Of a stretch of 64,000 nucleotides of DNA, positions 46,981-58,286 are shown in pieces. The translations under genes were made by a program, and so were the position numbers. Positions within the stretch are counted from its first letter, which is position 1; each line of letters opens with the position of its first letter. This DNA is from OCS116 cluster bacterium AG-435-F03 (GTDB lineage: Bacteria; Pseudomonadota; Alphaproteobacteria; MED-G09). Location: NCBI GenBank assembly GCA_003212795.1, contig QCOV01000001.1:624893-688892 (forward strand). Reading direction: 5' to 3'. The notes under the pieces were generated by a model. The model saw nothing but the letters and a program-made list of their open reading frames with translations. It had not been told where the DNA came from and did not search any database.

Positions 46981-47760
46981 ATGTCTGAAGATAGAAAAGT
47001 AGCTATAATTACTGGTTCATCTCAAGGATTGGGTGCTTCAATTGCAATCAAATTGTCTCAAAGAAATATTAATTTAGTAATTAATTATTCAAACAATAAA
47101 GACATGGCATTAAAAATTAAAGAAGAATGCGTCAATAATGGTGTTGAAGCTATAACTGTGCAAGCAGATGTTTCAAGCGATGATGATTGCAAAAAACTCG
47201 TTCAAGAAACCATAAATACCTTTGGAAAAGTAGATATTCTTGTTAACAATGCTGGAACAACAAAATTTGCTGATCACTCTAAATTAGATAAACTCAATGA
47301 TGAAGATTTTATAAATATTTATAAGGTTAATGTAATTGGACCTTATCAGATGATTAGGGCTGTTGAGCCTATTATGAAAGAAAATGGCTTTGGGTCAGTT
47401 GTAAATATATCATCTATTGCTGGAAAAACAGGCATAGGATCTTCTATTGCTTATGCTGCTTCTAAAGGAGCTCTTAACACAATGACATTATCATTAGCAA
47501 AAGCTCTTGGACCCGAAATAAGAGTAAATACTGTATGTCCAGGATTCATTGGAACAGGTTGGTTTGAAAATAGGTTTGGCAAAGAAACTTTTGACCGAAT
47601 AAAAAAAGATCAAGAAAGCATAACTCCATTGAATAAAGCGGGTACGCCAGATGATATTGCTGATAGCGCAGTATTTTTTTGCCTTGAAGGTGCAGAACAT
47701 ATAACTGGAGAAACCTTAATCTCTGATGCAGGAATGCATCTAAACTTACCTAAAGGTTAA
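46981..47760 (+). CDS. SDR family oxidoreductase (FabG-like)
   Basis: 259 aa with ITGSSQGLGAS, NNAG and YAASKGAL. Confidence 0.85.
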   Translation: MSEDRKVAIITGSSQGLGASIAIKLSQRNINLVINYSNNKDMALKIKEECVNNGVEAITVQADVSSDDDCKKLVQETINTFGKVDILVNNAGTTKFADHSKLDKLNDEDFINIYKVNVIGPYQMIRAVEPIMKENGFGSVVNISSIAGKTGIGSSIAYAASKGALNTMTLSLAKALGPEIRVNTVCPGFIGTGWFENRFGKETFDRIKKDQESITPLNKAGTPDDIADSAVFFCLEGAEHITGETLISDAGMHLNLPKG

Positions 47761-47763
47761 AAA

Positions 47764-47976
47764 ATGAGCGAGTTACCTAAAATTGCTAATGATGATGGGA
47801 AAAAGGAAATTCAAATTACATTCACCAAGTTCATATGCATAGGGGCTTCTCCACCACACGATCACCCTCATGTTTCTCTAGAAATGGGAAAAAATAAGCA
47901 AATCATTTGTCCATATTGCGGTACTATTTATAAGCTAGTTGATGCAGTTGATTATTTGGATGATTTAAAAGAATAG
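47764..47976 (+). CDS. zinc-finger (zf-CHCC, NDUFS6-like) domain protein
   Basis: 70 aa with FICIGASPPHDHPHVSL...ICPYCGTIY, a C-H-C-C ligand pattern. Confidence 0.65.
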   Translation: MSELPKIANDDGKKEIQITFTKFICIGASPPHDHPHVSLEMGKNKQIICPYCGTIYKLVDAVDYLDDLKE

Positions 47977-47986
47977 TAATTTTTAA

Positions 47987-48074
47987 TGGTGCGGACACCC
48001 GGACTCGAACCGGGACGGAGATAATCTCCTTCAGATTTTAAGTCTGATGTGTCTACCAATTCCACCATGTCCGC
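47987..48074 (-). tRNA. tRNA-Leu (anticodon TAA), long variable arm
   Basis: gcggaca/tgtccgc acceptor stem, anticodon loop CTTAAAA, long extra arm, T-loop ttcgagt, encoded CCA. Confidence 0.88.
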
Positions 48075-48076
48075 AT

Positions 48077-49387
48077 TTACTTCTCCAGTACTCTTTTAAA
48101 GATATTATCAATATTTTTAATGTGATATTTTAAATCAAAAATATCTTCTATCTCTTTCTTAGTTAAAGTGGAAGTAATGAATTCATCTTTTTTTACTAAT
48201 TCTTCAAAAATTAGCGGGTCCTCACTTCCATAGCTTTCCCATGCCAACATTGCATTTTTTTGTACAACCTTATATGACTCCTCCCTGCTAACTTCTTTTT
48301 GAGTTAAAACTAATAACAGTCGCTGAGAAAAGACCAACCCGCCAAATTGATTTAAGTTTTTAAGCATTTGCTCGGGATATATAACAAGCTCATCTATAAC
48401 ATTAATCAGCCTGTTAAGCGCAAAATCAAGGGTAACAGTAGCGTCTGGCCCTATCATTCTTTCAACGCTTGAATGCGATATGTCTCTTTCATGCCACAAA
48501 GAAACATTTTCTAAAGATGGAATTACTGAGCTCCTAACTATTCTAGCTAAACCAGTTAAATTTTCTGTGAGTATAGGATTTCTTTTATGTGGCATGGAAG
48601 AAGATCCTTTCTGGTTTTCTGAAAAATATTCAGCCACCTCCATTACCTCTGAGCGCTGGAGGTGCCTTATTTCAGTTGCCAATCTTTCAATTGAACTGGC
48701 TATAATTGCTAATGCAGAAAAGAAGGCAGCATGCCTATCCCTTGGAATCACCTGAGTAGAAATAGGCTCAATATTTAGACCCAACTTTTTCGCAACATAT
48801 TCTTCAACAAAAGGATCAATGTTAGCAAAAGTTCCTACAGAGCCTGAGATTGCACATGTACTGATTTCTTCAATTGCATTTTCAAGCCTAATTTTATTTC
48901 GACAAAACTCCTCATAAGCTTGAAGCATTTTTAATCCAAAAGTTGTTGGTTCAGCATGGATACCATGGCTTCTACCCATGCAAATTGTATTTTTATTTTC
49001 TATGGCCTTTTTCTTTAAAGAGGCAATCAAATCATCTAAGCCAGTTAAAAGAATATTTCCTGCCTGTTTTAACTGAATATTTAAACAAGTATCTATAACA
49101 TCTGAAGATGTCATCCCTTGGTGAATAAATCTTGAATCTGGACCAACATTTTCAGATAAATTTGTTAAAAATGCTAAGACATCATGTTTAATTTCTTTTT
49201 CAATTTCATTTATTCTATCGATATCAAAGCTAGCTTTTTTTTCTACTTTTGCGGATGTTCCTTTAGGGACTATATTTATTTGTTCCATTGCTTCCAAAGC
49301 AGCAATTTCAATCTTTATCCATATTTCAAATCTATTTTGTTCTTCCCAAATGTCAGTCATTTGTTTTCTAGAATATCTAGGTATCAT
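48077..49387 (-). CDS. purB: adenylosuccinate lyase
   Basis: 436 aa with fumarate-lyase signature GSSSMPHKRNP. Confidence 0.93.
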   Translation of the reverse strand: MIPRYSRKQMTDIWEEQNRFEIWIKIEIAALEAMEQINIVPKGTSAKVEKKASFDIDRINEIEKEIKHDVLAFLTNLSENVGPDSRFIHQGMTSSDVIDTCLNIQLKQAGNILLTGLDDLIASLKKKAIENKNTICMGRSHGIHAEPTTFGLKMLQAYEEFCRNKIRLENAIEEISTCAISGSVGTFANIDPFVEEYVAKKLGLNIEPISTQVIPRDRHAAFFSALAIIASSIERLATEIRHLQRSEVMEVAEYFSENQKGSSSMPHKRNPILTENLTGLARIVRSSVIPSLENVSLWHERDISHSSVERMIGPDATVTLDFALNRLINVIDELVIYPEQMLKNLNQFGGLVFSQRLLLVLTQKEVSREESYKVVQKNAMLAWESYGSEDPLIFEELVKKDEFITSTLTKKEIEDIFDLKYHIKNIDNIFKRVLEK

Positions 49388-49410
49388 TTTTTATTACTTT
49401 CTATTAAGTT

Positions 49411-50232
49411 TCATGTCGCTATTGGATTACCTGTATTATTAAGCGATTTAGTAAAAATCTCTATTCCATCTTTAGTAACGCCAATAGAATGTTCAAATTG
49501 TGCTGATAGGGAACGATCTCTAGTGACAGCAGTCCATCCATCGGGCAGCATCTTTGTACCTGGCTTACCTGCATTAACCATTGGTTCAACAGTAAAAAAC
49601 ATACCTTCTCTTATTTCTACACCTGAGCCCTCTACCCCATAATGAAGGATATTTGGTTCATCGTGAAAAACCTTCCCGATACCATGACCACAAAATTCTC
49701 TAACAACTGAGAAGTTTCTATCCTCTGCATAATTTTGTATAAAATTTCCAAGATCCCCTAGTAATAAACCTGGCTTAATCAGTTCAAGAGATAACATCAG
49801 GCTTTCATAGGTAGTATTGATTAGGTTTTTGGATTTTACTGATGGCTCCCCTGCACTATACATCCTAGATGTATCGCCATGCCATCCATCAAGAATAAGT
49901 GTGACATCAATGTTTACAACATCTCCATCATTAAGAATTTTTTCTCCAGGTATACCATGGCAAACAACATGGTTAACGGATGTACAAATTGATTTCTTAA
50001 ATCCTCTATAATTTAAAGGAGCAGGCGTTGCATTATTATCAAGAATAAATTCTAAAGCAAATTTATCAAGACTTTCAGTAGTTACACCAGGCTCTACTTT
50101 TTTTACAAACAAATCTAATAACTCTGCAGCAAGTTTTCCAACTTTTCTCATTCCCTGAAAATCTTCTTTCTGATGAATTTTTATTTGTCCAGTAATTCTT
50201 CCAGAAGCATATTTTTCTTCAATATAATCCAT
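49411..50232 (-). CDS. map: type I methionine aminopeptidase
   Basis: 273 aa with pita-bread-fold metal ligands (D...D...H...E...E; GHGIG). Confidence 0.92.
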   Translation of the reverse strand: MDYIEEKYASGRITGQIKIHQKEDFQGMRKVGKLAAELLDLFVKKVEPGVTTESLDKFALEFILDNNATPAPLNYRGFKKSICTSVNHVVCHGIPGEKILNDGDVVNIDVTLILDGWHGDTSRMYSAGEPSVKSKNLINTTYESLMLSLELIKPGLLLGDLGNFIQNYAEDRNFSVVREFCGHGIGKVFHDEPNILHYGVEGSGVEIREGMFFTVEPMVNAGKPGTKMLPDGWTAVTRDRSLSAQFEHSIGVTKDGIEIFTKSLNNTGNPIAT

Positions 50233-50312
50233 AGGAAAGTTATATATTAAAATTTAACATACATCTAGTATCTGTATGTTGTCCGCTTTAAACGAAACTG
50301 TTAAAAGATGTT

Positions 50313-51065
50313 ATGAACAATTTATTTTATGAAAATGCTTCCGTATTAATTATAGGGAATGAAATATTATCGGGTCGGACTATAGATAAAAATTTCAACT
50401 ATATTGCAACAAAATTGGGTGAGCATGGTATCTCAATTTCTGAAAGCAGAACTGTGTCAGATAGTGAGGAAGAAATTATAAATGCAATAAACGAACTAAG
50501 AAAAAGATTCAAATATGTTTTTACCACTGGAGGGATTGGACCTACTCATGATGATGTAACAGCAGCAAGTATTGCAAAAGCATTTAATGTTAAATTAGAA
50601 GTTAATAATGAAGCTTATAAAATTTTAGAGGATTATTATAATAATTTAGGAACAGAATTTAACGATATACGCCAACGAATGGCAAGAATTCCAAAGGGCG
50701 CTAAATTGATAAAAAATCAAATTTCTGCTGCTCCTGGGTTTAATATTGAAAATGTTTATGTATTTGCAGGAATACCAAAAGTTATGAAATCAATGTTGGA
50801 TGAAACCCTTAAAGGAATAGAAAAAAAAGATAAAATTAATAAATCAACAATAGTGGTTGATTCGCCAGAGGGTGAAATAGCAAAAATTTTAGAAAAAACT
50901 ATCAAAAACAATATAAATGTTAATATAGGTAGCTATCCATTTTATAATACTAAAGATGATTTTGGAGTAAAAATAGAAATTTCATCACTAGATAATAGCT
51001 CACTAATTAAGGCAATTGATGATTTGAAGGTACAATTATCTAAAGAATCTATTAAATATAAATGA
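50313..51065 (+). CDS. CinA-N/MoaB/MogA-type molybdopterin-binding domain protein
   Basis: 250 aa: VLIIGNEILSGRTIDKNFNYIA...TGGIGPTHDD. Confidence 0.8.
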   Translation: MNNLFYENASVLIIGNEILSGRTIDKNFNYIATKLGEHGISISESRTVSDSEEEIINAINELRKRFKYVFTTGGIGPTHDDVTAASIAKAFNVKLEVNNEAYKILEDYYNNLGTEFNDIRQRMARIPKGAKLIKNQISAAPGFNIENVYVFAGIPKVMKSMLDETLKGIEKKDKINKSTIVVDSPEGEIAKILEKTIKNNINVNIGSYPFYNTKDDFGVKIEISSLDNSSLIKAIDDLKVQLSKESIKYK

Positions 51066-51080
51066 ATAAATTTTAAAAAT

Positions 51081-51797
51081 ATGACAAAAAAAGAACTCAT
51101 TTATGAAGGCAAGGCTAAGACATTATTCTTTTATGATAATAATAAAATAATTCAATACTTTAAGGATGACGCCACTGCATTTAATAAAAAGAAACATGAA
51201 ATTATTAATGAAAAAGGAATTCTTAATAATTTTATAAGTGAATTTATTTTCAAATATTTAAGTGAAAATGGAGTAGAAAATCATTTTATAGAGCGATTGA
51301 ATGATAGAGAGCAGCTTGTAAAAAAAGTAGATATAATTCCTGTTGAAGTTATTGTTCGAAATATTGCAACAGGAACACTAACTAAAAGACTAGGCATTCA
51401 AGAGGGATTAAAGTTAAAAAAACCTCTTATTGAGTTTACACTTAAGAGTGATGAGTTAGATGACCCAATTATATCTGAGGAACATATTGATGTTCTGGAA
51501 TACGCTGAAAAAGACGAAATCAATACTATTAAAGAGCAAGCCCTATTAATCAATAAGCTTCTTTTGCAACTTTTTTCTTCTATAAATATTCAATTAGTTG
51601 ATTTTAAGATTGAATTTGGTCGTCTTACTATTGATAAAAAAGTAATTTTGGCCGATGAAATCAGTCCTGACTCTTGTAGATTATGGGACAAATCCTCGTC
51701 TGAAAAACTAGATAAAGATAGATTCAGAAAAAACCTTGGAGGATTAATTGATGCTTACAAAGAAGTAGCGACTCGGTTAGGAATAAAAATTCAATAA
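51081..51797 (+). CDS. purC: phosphoribosylaminoimidazole-succinocarboxamide (SAICAR) synthase
   Basis: 238 aa with SAICAR-synthetase motifs (YEGKAK..., LADEISPDSCRLWD). Confidence 0.92.
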   Translation: MTKKELIYEGKAKTLFFYDNNKIIQYFKDDATAFNKKKHEIINEKGILNNFISEFIFKYLSENGVENHFIERLNDREQLVKKVDIIPVEVIVRNIATGTLTKRLGIQEGLKLKKPLIEFTLKSDELDDPIISEEHIDVLEYAEKDEINTIKEQALLINKLLLQLFSSINIQLVDFKIEFGRLTIDKKVILADEISPDSCRLWDKSSSEKLDKDRFRKNLGGLIDAYKEVATRLGIKIQ

Positions 51798-51809
51798 TAA
51801 ATTAACACT

Positions 51810-52055
51810 ATGAAATTAAATGTAAAAATAATGCCTAAAAATGGAGTTCTTGATCCTCAAGGTAAAGCAATAGAAAATTCATTGAGTCAACTTGGTTTCA
51901 AAAACTTCTCAGAAATTCGACAAGGAAAAATTATCGAAATTGATATTGATGCAGATAAAGATCAAGCAATAAATATTGCTGATGAAATGTGTAAAAAATT
52001 ATTAGTTAATCTAATTATTGAAGATTACGAAATTATTTTTGATAGAGAAAAATAA
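51810..52055 (+). CDS. purS: FGAM synthase PurS subunit
   Basis: 81 aa in the purS-purQ-purL order. Confidence 0.88.
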   Translation: MKLNVKIMPKNGVLDPQGKAIENSLSQLGFKNFSEIRQGKIIEIDIDADKDQAINIADEMCKKLLVNLIIEDYEIIFDREK

Positions 52056-52745
52056 ATGAAGGCATCTATAATTGTCTTTCCTGGATCAAATTGCGATAGA
52101 GATATTGCTGTATCTATTAAAAAACTTACAGATCTAGAACCAATAATGGTCTGGCATAAAGAAACCTCCATACCTGATTCAGATTTAATAGTTATTCCAG
52201 GCGGATTTACATTTGGAGATTATTTAAGATGTGGCTCTATCGCAGCAAATAGCCCAATTATGAATGATGTCATTAAAAAAGCAACAGACGGATTACCCAC
52301 TTTAGGAATATGTAATGGTTTTCAAATTCTTACAGAATCAGGATTGCTACCTGGAACACTCATTAAAAATGATTGTCTTTCCTTTTTATGTAAGACTGTT
52401 TCAATAAGAGTTGAGAATAATGAAACAAATTTTTCTAAAAAATATAAGCAAAATGAAGTGATCAATATACCTATTGCCCACAATGAAGGTAATTTCTTTG
52501 CTAATGAAGATACATTGAAAAAAATTAAAGACTCTAATCAAATAATTTTTAAATATTGCAATCAAAATGGAGAGGTAAATAATGAAACAAATCCGAATGG
52601 TTCAATCGAAAATATTGCTGGTATAACAAATGAGCAAGGTAATGTTTTGGGTATGATGCCTCATCCTGAAAGAGCAACATGTGAAATTACAAAACTTTCA
52701 GATGGAGAAAACCTTTTTAAATCTATATCGGAGTTTTTATTGTGA
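52056..52745 (+). CDS. purQ: FGAM synthase glutamine amidotransferase subunit
   Basis: 229 aa class-I GATase (GICNGFQIL; His/Glu near the C-terminus). Confidence 0.92.
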   Translation: MKASIIVFPGSNCDRDIAVSIKKLTDLEPIMVWHKETSIPDSDLIVIPGGFTFGDYLRCGSIAANSPIMNDVIKKATDGLPTLGICNGFQILTESGLLPGTLIKNDCLSFLCKTVSIRVENNETNFSKKYKQNEVINIPIAHNEGNFFANEDTLKKIKDSNQIIFKYCNQNGEVNNETNPNGSIENIAGITNEQGNVLGMMPHPERATCEITKLSDGENLFKSISEFLL

Positions 52746-54931
52746 TTAAAATTACGAAAGAAATTGTAGAAGAGCACGGTATTAATTCAGAAGAGTATGA
52801 TTTTATTTTAAAATCATTGAGAAGAGAACCTACAATTACAGAACTCGGTATTTTTTCTGCGATGTGGTCTGAGCATTGCTCTTATAAATCATCAAAATAC
52901 TGGTTAAGCCAGTTACCTACAAAAAACGAATTTGTTATCCAGGGACCAGGTGAGAATGCTGGAGTAATTGATATTGGCGATGGTTATGCTGCCGTTTTTA
53001 AAATGGAAAGCCATAATCACCCTTCATTTATTGAACCTTACCAAGGTGCAGCAACTGGTGTAGGCGGAATACTTAGAGATGTGTTTACGATGGGAGCTAG
53101 ACCAGTTGCGCTTTTAAACTCAATTAGATTTGGTGAAACCTCTCATGAAAAAACTAAACATTTACTAACAGGTGTTGTTTCGGGCATTGGTGGATATGGT
53201 AATTGCATGGGAATTCCAACAGTTGGTGGTGAAGTTGAATTTAATTCATCGTATAATGACAATATACTTGTTAACGCTATGTGCGTTGGAATAGCTAAAA
53301 AAAATAAAATCTTCTATTCAAAGGCATCAGGAATTGGTAATTCAGTTGTTTATGTTGGATCAAAAACAGGTAGAGACGGAATTCATGGAGCAACAATGGC
53401 TTCAGCAGAATTTGATGAAAACTCTGAAGAAAAGAGACCAACAGTTCAAGTAGGCGATCCTTTTTCAGAAAAACTTCTTTTAGAAGCATGTATGGAGCTT
53501 ATGAAAATGGATGTAATTGTTGCTATTCAAGATATGGGTGCAGCGGGATTAACATCATCTGCTGTTGAGATGGCTGGTAAAGGTAATTTAGGTATAGAGC
53601 TTGATTTAGATAAGGTTCCTTGCAGAGAAGACAAAATGTCAGCTTATGAAATAATGCTATCAGAAAGTCAGGAAAGAATGCTTATGATTTTAGAACCTGA
53701 CAAAGAAAGTATTGCTAAAGAAATTTTTGAAAAATGGGAGTTAGACTTTTCTGTAATTGGAAAATTAACAGATACAAATAGACTCATCATCAATCATCAA
53801 AAAGAAATAAAAGCTGATATCATATTGGATATTTTAGAAAAAGGTGCGCCTTCCTACAAAAGACCATACGAGATAAATATCTTTGATGATGAAGATATAA
53901 AAGAAGATACACTTATAAATGAGAACCCCATTTCAATATTAAAAAAAATGATTTCTTCACCAAATTTATGTAGTCGAAAATGGGTTTGGGAACAATATGA
54001 TCATATGGTTATGACAGATACTGTACTTTTACCAGGAGGTGATTCAGCTATCATTAGAGTTCATGGAACCAATAAAGGCTTATCTGTAACATCAGACTCA
54101 ACTCCAAGATATTGCGCGTCGGATCCATATGAGGGCGGTAAACAAGCTGTAGCTGAAGCATGGAGGAATTTAATTTCCGTAGGATCACTTCCAATTGCAA
54201 TAACTGATTGTATGAATTTTGGTAATCCTGAGAAAAAAGAGATTATGGGTCAATTTGCAGGCGTTATTAAGGGAATGATTGAAGCCTGTAACACTTTAAA
54301 TTTCCCAGTAGTATCGGGCAATGTGTCTCTTTATAATGAAACTAATGGAAAAGGAATTAACCCTACTCCAGTGATTGGTGGGGTTGGAGTTGTTGAAAAT
54401 CTAGATGTTTTCTCGGATCAAAACCTTAAAAGAAAAGATGATTTTATTTTAATTATAGGAAAAACAACCGGACATTTAACTCAATCAATATACGCAAATG
54501 AACTACTCAATGATAAAAAAGGTTTGCCGCCAAAGGTTAATCTTGATGAAGAGCTAAAAAATGGTTTAGCCTTAAGAGAATTAATAAATAAAAAATTTAT
54601 TGATACATCTCATGATATTTCTGATGGTGGATTATTAATTGCGCTCACTGAAATGAGTATGAAGAATCTCATAGGCTTTAATATTAATGTTGAAAAAGAT
54701 AACCTTAATTCTTACTTATTTGGCGAAGATCAAGCAAGATATGCAGTTGCTGTTGAAAAACATAAAATTGAAGATGTTAGATTACTTTTAAATGAAAAAA
54801 ATGTTTTTTTTGAAGAAATTGGTCGAACTTGTAATAATGAAATTATCATAAATAATAAAAAGATTAATATTCTTGAATTAAAGAAAATATATGAAAATTG
54901 GTTTAATAATTACTTATCAAAAGCGTCATAA
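52742..54931 (+). CDS. purL: FGAM synthase II (large subunit)
   Basis: 729 aa with PurM-like duplicated domains. 4-nt overlap with purQ. Confidence 0.93.
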   Translation: MIKITKEIVEEHGINSEEYDFILKSLRREPTITELGIFSAMWSEHCSYKSSKYWLSQLPTKNEFVIQGPGENAGVIDIGDGYAAVFKMESHNHPSFIEPYQGAATGVGGILRDVFTMGARPVALLNSIRFGETSHEKTKHLLTGVVSGIGGYGNCMGIPTVGGEVEFNSSYNDNILVNAMCVGIAKKNKIFYSKASGIGNSVVYVGSKTGRDGIHGATMASAEFDENSEEKRPTVQVGDPFSEKLLLEACMELMKMDVIVAIQDMGAAGLTSSAVEMAGKGNLGIELDLDKVPCREDKMSAYEIMLSESQERMLMILEPDKESIAKEIFEKWELDFSVIGKLTDTNRLIINHQKEIKADIILDILEKGAPSYKRPYEINIFDDEDIKEDTLINENPISILKKMISSPNLCSRKWVWEQYDHMVMTDTVLLPGGDSAIIRVHGTNKGLSVTSDSTPRYCASDPYEGGKQAVAEAWRNLISVGSLPIAITDCMNFGNPEKKEIMGQFAGVIKGMIEACNTLNFPVVSGNVSLYNETNGKGINPTPVIGGVGVVENLDVFSDQNLKRKDDFILIIGKTTGHLTQSIYANELLNDKKGLPPKVNLDEELKNGLALRELINKKFIDTSHDISDGGLLIALTEMSMKNLIGFNINVEKDNLNSYLFGEDQARYAVAVEKHKIEDVRLLLNEKNVFFEEIGRTCNNEIIINNKKINILELKKIYENWFNNYLSKAS

Positions 54932-55164
54932 TGGCAATTAAAAAAGAAAAATTAGAAGAAATTATAAAAAAATCTTTTCCTGAAGCTTCAATTAATATTG
55001 TTGACTTAGCGGGAGATGACGATCATTTCTCATTAGAGATTAAATCAAGCAAATTTAACGGTTTATCTAGGATTAAACAGCATAAAATGGTATATGATGC
55101 TTTAGATGGAAAAATGGGTGGTGAACTCCATGCTCTATCAATTAAAACAATGAGTGAAGAATAG
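54931..55164 (+). CDS. BolA-family protein
   Basis: 77 aa with BolA fold motifs (DDDHFSLEIKSSKFNGLSRIKQHKMVY). Confidence 0.85.
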   Translation: MAIKKEKLEEIIKKSFPEASINIVDLAGDDDHFSLEIKSSKFNGLSRIKQHKMVYDALDGKMGGELHALSIKTMSEE

Positions 55165-55166
55165 AT

Positions 55167-55490
55167 ATGGATAATAAAGTAAAAGAAACTATAGAAGATA
55201 AGATTAACAATGATGATCTTCATCTATTTATGAAGGGCACTCCTCTATTTCCTCAATGTGGATTCTCAAGTACTGTTGTTCAAATCCTGACATATCTTGA
55301 AGCGCCCTTTTCTTCTACCAATGTTCTAGAGGATGAAGATATTAGAGAAGGTATAAAGGAATTTTCCGATTGGCCTACTATACCTCAATTATATTATAAA
55401 GGTGAGCTTATTGGGGGCTGCGATATTATCAAAGAAATGTTCGAAACTGGTGAGCTCCAAGAAGAACTTAAAGATATAATTAATAATTAG
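55167..55490 (+). CDS. grxD: monothiol glutaredoxin (Grx4/GrxD family)
   Basis: 107 aa with the CGFS active site ([13 protein letters not shown]). Conserved BolA-Grx pairing. Confidence 0.92.
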   Translation: MDNKVKETIEDKINNDDLHLFMKGTPLFPQCGFSSTVVQILTYLEAPFSSTNVLEDEDIREGIKEFSDWPTIPQLYYKGELIGGCDIIKEMFETGELQEELKDIINN

Positions 55491-56107
55491 TTTCTTGAAT
55501 AAAACTCAACAACTAAGTTTGGTTCCATTTGTACAGGGTATGGTACTTCTTCAAGTTTAGGAACTCTTGTCAATTTTGCCGTTAGCTTTTTTTGATCACA
55601 ATCAATGTAGTCTGGCACATCTCTTTCTGCAGATTCTTGACCATTTAAAACTAAATCAAGACTTTTTGATTTATCTTTTATTTCAACCAAATCACCAGTT
55701 TTTAATCTGTAAGATGGAATATTTACTCTTTTACCATTAACCTTAATGTGACCATGATTAATAAACTGTCTTGCGGAAAAAACAGTAGGAACAAACTTAG
55801 CCCTATAGATGAATGCATCTAGCCTGCTTTCCAAAAGGCCAATAATATTTTCAGATGTATCTCCTTTTATTCTAACAGCTTCTTTAAAGATATTCTTAAA
55901 TTGCCTCTCATTCATATTGGCATAATATCCTTTTAATTTTTGTTTAGCTCGAATTTGTAATCCAAAATCAGATAATTTAGCTTTTCTTAATTGACCATGT
56001 TGACCAGGGCCATAAGAGCGAATATTGACGGGACTTTTTGGTCTTCCCCAAATATTTTCGCCCATTCTGCGATCAATTTTATATTTTGCCCTTAATCTTT
56101 TTGTCAT
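55487..56107 (-). CDS. rpsD: 30S ribosomal protein S4
   Basis: 206 aa with S4 N-terminus ([14 protein letters not shown]) and S4 RNA-binding domain. Confidence 0.93.
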   Translation of the reverse strand: MTKRLRAKYKIDRRMGENIWGRPKSPVNIRSYGPGQHGQLRKAKLSDFGLQIRAKQKLKGYYANMNERQFKNIFKEAVRIKGDTSENIIGLLESRLDAFIYRAKFVPTVFSARQFINHGHIKVNGKRVNIPSYRLKTGDLVEIKDKSKSLDLVLNGQESAERDVPDYIDCDQKKLTAKLTRVPKLEEVPYPVQMEPNLVVEFYSRN

Positions 56108-56163
56108 TAATTTTTACCTTGTTTACAAGCTTCAGAGCTTAGTACATTTCTTAATCAAATAAG

Positions 56164-56979
56164 TCAATTTCTTTGTTGTTTGTTTTTATTGTTCCCGTCA
56201 GCAATTTTGTTGGTTTCTTTCATAATATTTCTATCTTTATGACCTGTTGGCCATCTTAAAAGAGATGTTATAATTCCTCTTAATGTTTGAACATCCTGTT
56301 TATTAAGCTTAGATCTTGTAAAAATATTTCTTATATTTATCATCATGGTTTCCTTTTTTTCTTCAGGCCTTAAGAAGCCCGATACATCAAGCGCGCGCTC
56401 TAGATGATTGAAAAATCCTATAATTTCTGCTTTTTTGGCTAAAACTGAATTACTTTTAAAATAATTGCTTTCATCATATTTATTATCAATTCTATTTATT
56501 TCTGAAGCTATAATTGCTACTGCTTGGGCTAAATTTAACGATGAAAATTTTGGATTAGTTGGTATTTGTAAAATCATATCGGCATAAGAGACCTGTTCAT
56601 TTGTTAAGCCTGATTTTTCTCTTCCAAACATAATACCAATATTAGTTTTTCTTTTTAAACTATTGAATATATTGTTTAATTCTAAGGGACCACAATATGG
56701 CTTAACCATATCTCTTTTTCTAACAGTGCAAGCGAACACATAAGAGGTATTTGAGATAGCATCTTCAACGCTATTATATATTTTTGCATTTTCTAGGACA
56801 CTGTTTGCTCCAGCGCATGCTCTAATTGCTTTTAATGATAAGTGATTTTGTTTGGGTGAAACAAGGTATAAAGATTCTAATCCAAAATTAAGCATTGCGC
56901 GGGCTGCTGTTCCTATATTTTCTGAAAGTTGAGGTTCTACTAAAATAATTTTTATATTATTTTTATCAATTTTTTGCAT
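56164..56979 (-). CDS. trmJ: tRNA (cytidine/uridine-2'-O)-methyltransferase TrmJ-like (SpoU class)
   Basis: 271 aa with N-terminal SPOUT domain (IILVEPQLSENIGTAARAMLNFG) and a basic C-terminal extension. Confidence 0.8.
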   Translation of the reverse strand: MQKIDKNNIKIILVEPQLSENIGTAARAMLNFGLESLYLVSPKQNHLSLKAIRACAGANSVLENAKIYNSVEDAISNTSYVFACTVRKRDMVKPYCGPLELNNIFNSLKRKTNIGIMFGREKSGLTNEQVSYADMILQIPTNPKFSSLNLAQAVAIIASEINRIDNKYDESNYFKSNSVLAKKAEIIGFFNHLERALDVSGFLRPEEKKETMMINIRNIFTRSKLNKQDVQTLRGIITSLLRWPTGHKDRNIMKETNKIADGNNKNKQQRN

Positions 56980-57071
56980 TTATTCATTTATCCTTATATA
57001 TACCTAACATATTGTTGAAATATATGCGCTATATGATATTCAATACATGAGGGAATAAAATTGGTATCTTA

Positions 57072-58286
57072 ATGACTAAAATCAAAGTAAAAAATCCGGT
57101 TGTTGAATTAGACGGCGATGAGATGACAAGAATTATTTGGGATCTTATTAAAAAGAAACTTATTCTTCCGTATTTAGATATTGATCTCCATTATTATGAC
57201 TTAGGTGTTGAATACAGAGATCAAACAAATGATCAAGTTACTATTGATGCTGCAGAAGCTATACAAAAACATGGTGTAGGAGTAAAGTGCGCTACTATAA
57301 CTCCTGATGAAGACAGAGTTGAAGAATTCAATCTTAAAGAAATGTGGAAATCTCCTAACGGAACTATAAGAAATATTCTTGGTGGTACAGTTTTTAGAGA
57401 GCCAATTATATGCTCTAATATTCCAAGACTTGTTCCAGGTTGGACGCAACCAATTGTAATTGGAAGACATGCTTTTGGTGATCAATATAGAGCTACAGAT
57501 TTTGTAGTTCCTGCAAAAGGAAAACTATCAATGAAATGGGTCTCAGAAGATGGTTCGCAAGAAATTGAAGAGGATATATATGACTTTGAAGATAGCGGAA
57601 TTGCTATGGGAATGTATAATCATGATAAATCTATTAAGGATTTTGCAAGAGCTTGTTTTAATTACGGTATAAATCGAAAATGGCCAGTTTATCTATCTAC
57701 AAAGAATACAATTTTAAAGAAATATGATGGTAGATTTAAAGATCTCTTTCAGGAAGTATATGAAAAAGAATATAAAGAACAAATGGACGCATTAAATATT
57801 GAATATGAACATAGGCTTATTGATGACATGGTTGCATGTGCTTTAAAATGGTCTGGAGCATTTATTTGGGCTTGTAAAAATTATGATGGTGATGTTCAGT
57901 CTGATACAGTTGCGCAAGGTTTTGGTTCACTAGGTCTTATGTCAAGCGCTCTTATGACGCCAGATGGTAAAACTGTAGAAGCCGAAGCTGCTCATGGAAC
58001 AGTTACTCGTCATTATCGCTTACATCAGAAAGGTGAAGAAACCTCTACAAATTCAATTGCATCAATTTTTGCTTGGACAAGGGGTTTAGCTCATAGAGCG
58101 AAATTAGATGATAACGAAGAATTGCAATCATTTTCTAATCTTCTTGAAAAAGTTTGCATTAAAACTGTAGAAAAAGGATTTATGACCAAAGATCTGGCTT
58201 TGCTTGTTGGCTCTAATCAGTCATGGTTAAATACTCATGATTTTATTGATAAAATTGACTCCAACCTTCAATCTGAAATGTCTTAA
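57072..58286 (+). CDS. icd: NADP-dependent isocitrate dehydrogenase, eukaryotic-like (type II) form
   Basis: 404 aa, colinear with type II IDH ([29 protein letters not shown]). Confidence 0.92.
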   Translation: MTKIKVKNPVVELDGDEMTRIIWDLIKKKLILPYLDIDLHYYDLGVEYRDQTNDQVTIDAAEAIQKHGVGVKCATITPDEDRVEEFNLKEMWKSPNGTIRNILGGTVFREPIICSNIPRLVPGWTQPIVIGRHAFGDQYRATDFVVPAKGKLSMKWVSEDGSQEIEEDIYDFEDSGIAMGMYNHDKSIKDFARACFNYGINRKWPVYLSTKNTILKKYDGRFKDLFQEVYEKEYKEQMDALNIEYEHRLIDDMVACALKWSGAFIWACKNYDGDVQSDTVAQGFGSLGLMSSALMTPDGKTVEAEAAHGTVTRHYRLHQKGEETSTNSIASIFAWTRGLAHRAKLDDNEELQSFSNLLEKVCIKTVEKGFMTKDLALLVGSNQSWLNTHDFIDKIDSNLQSEMS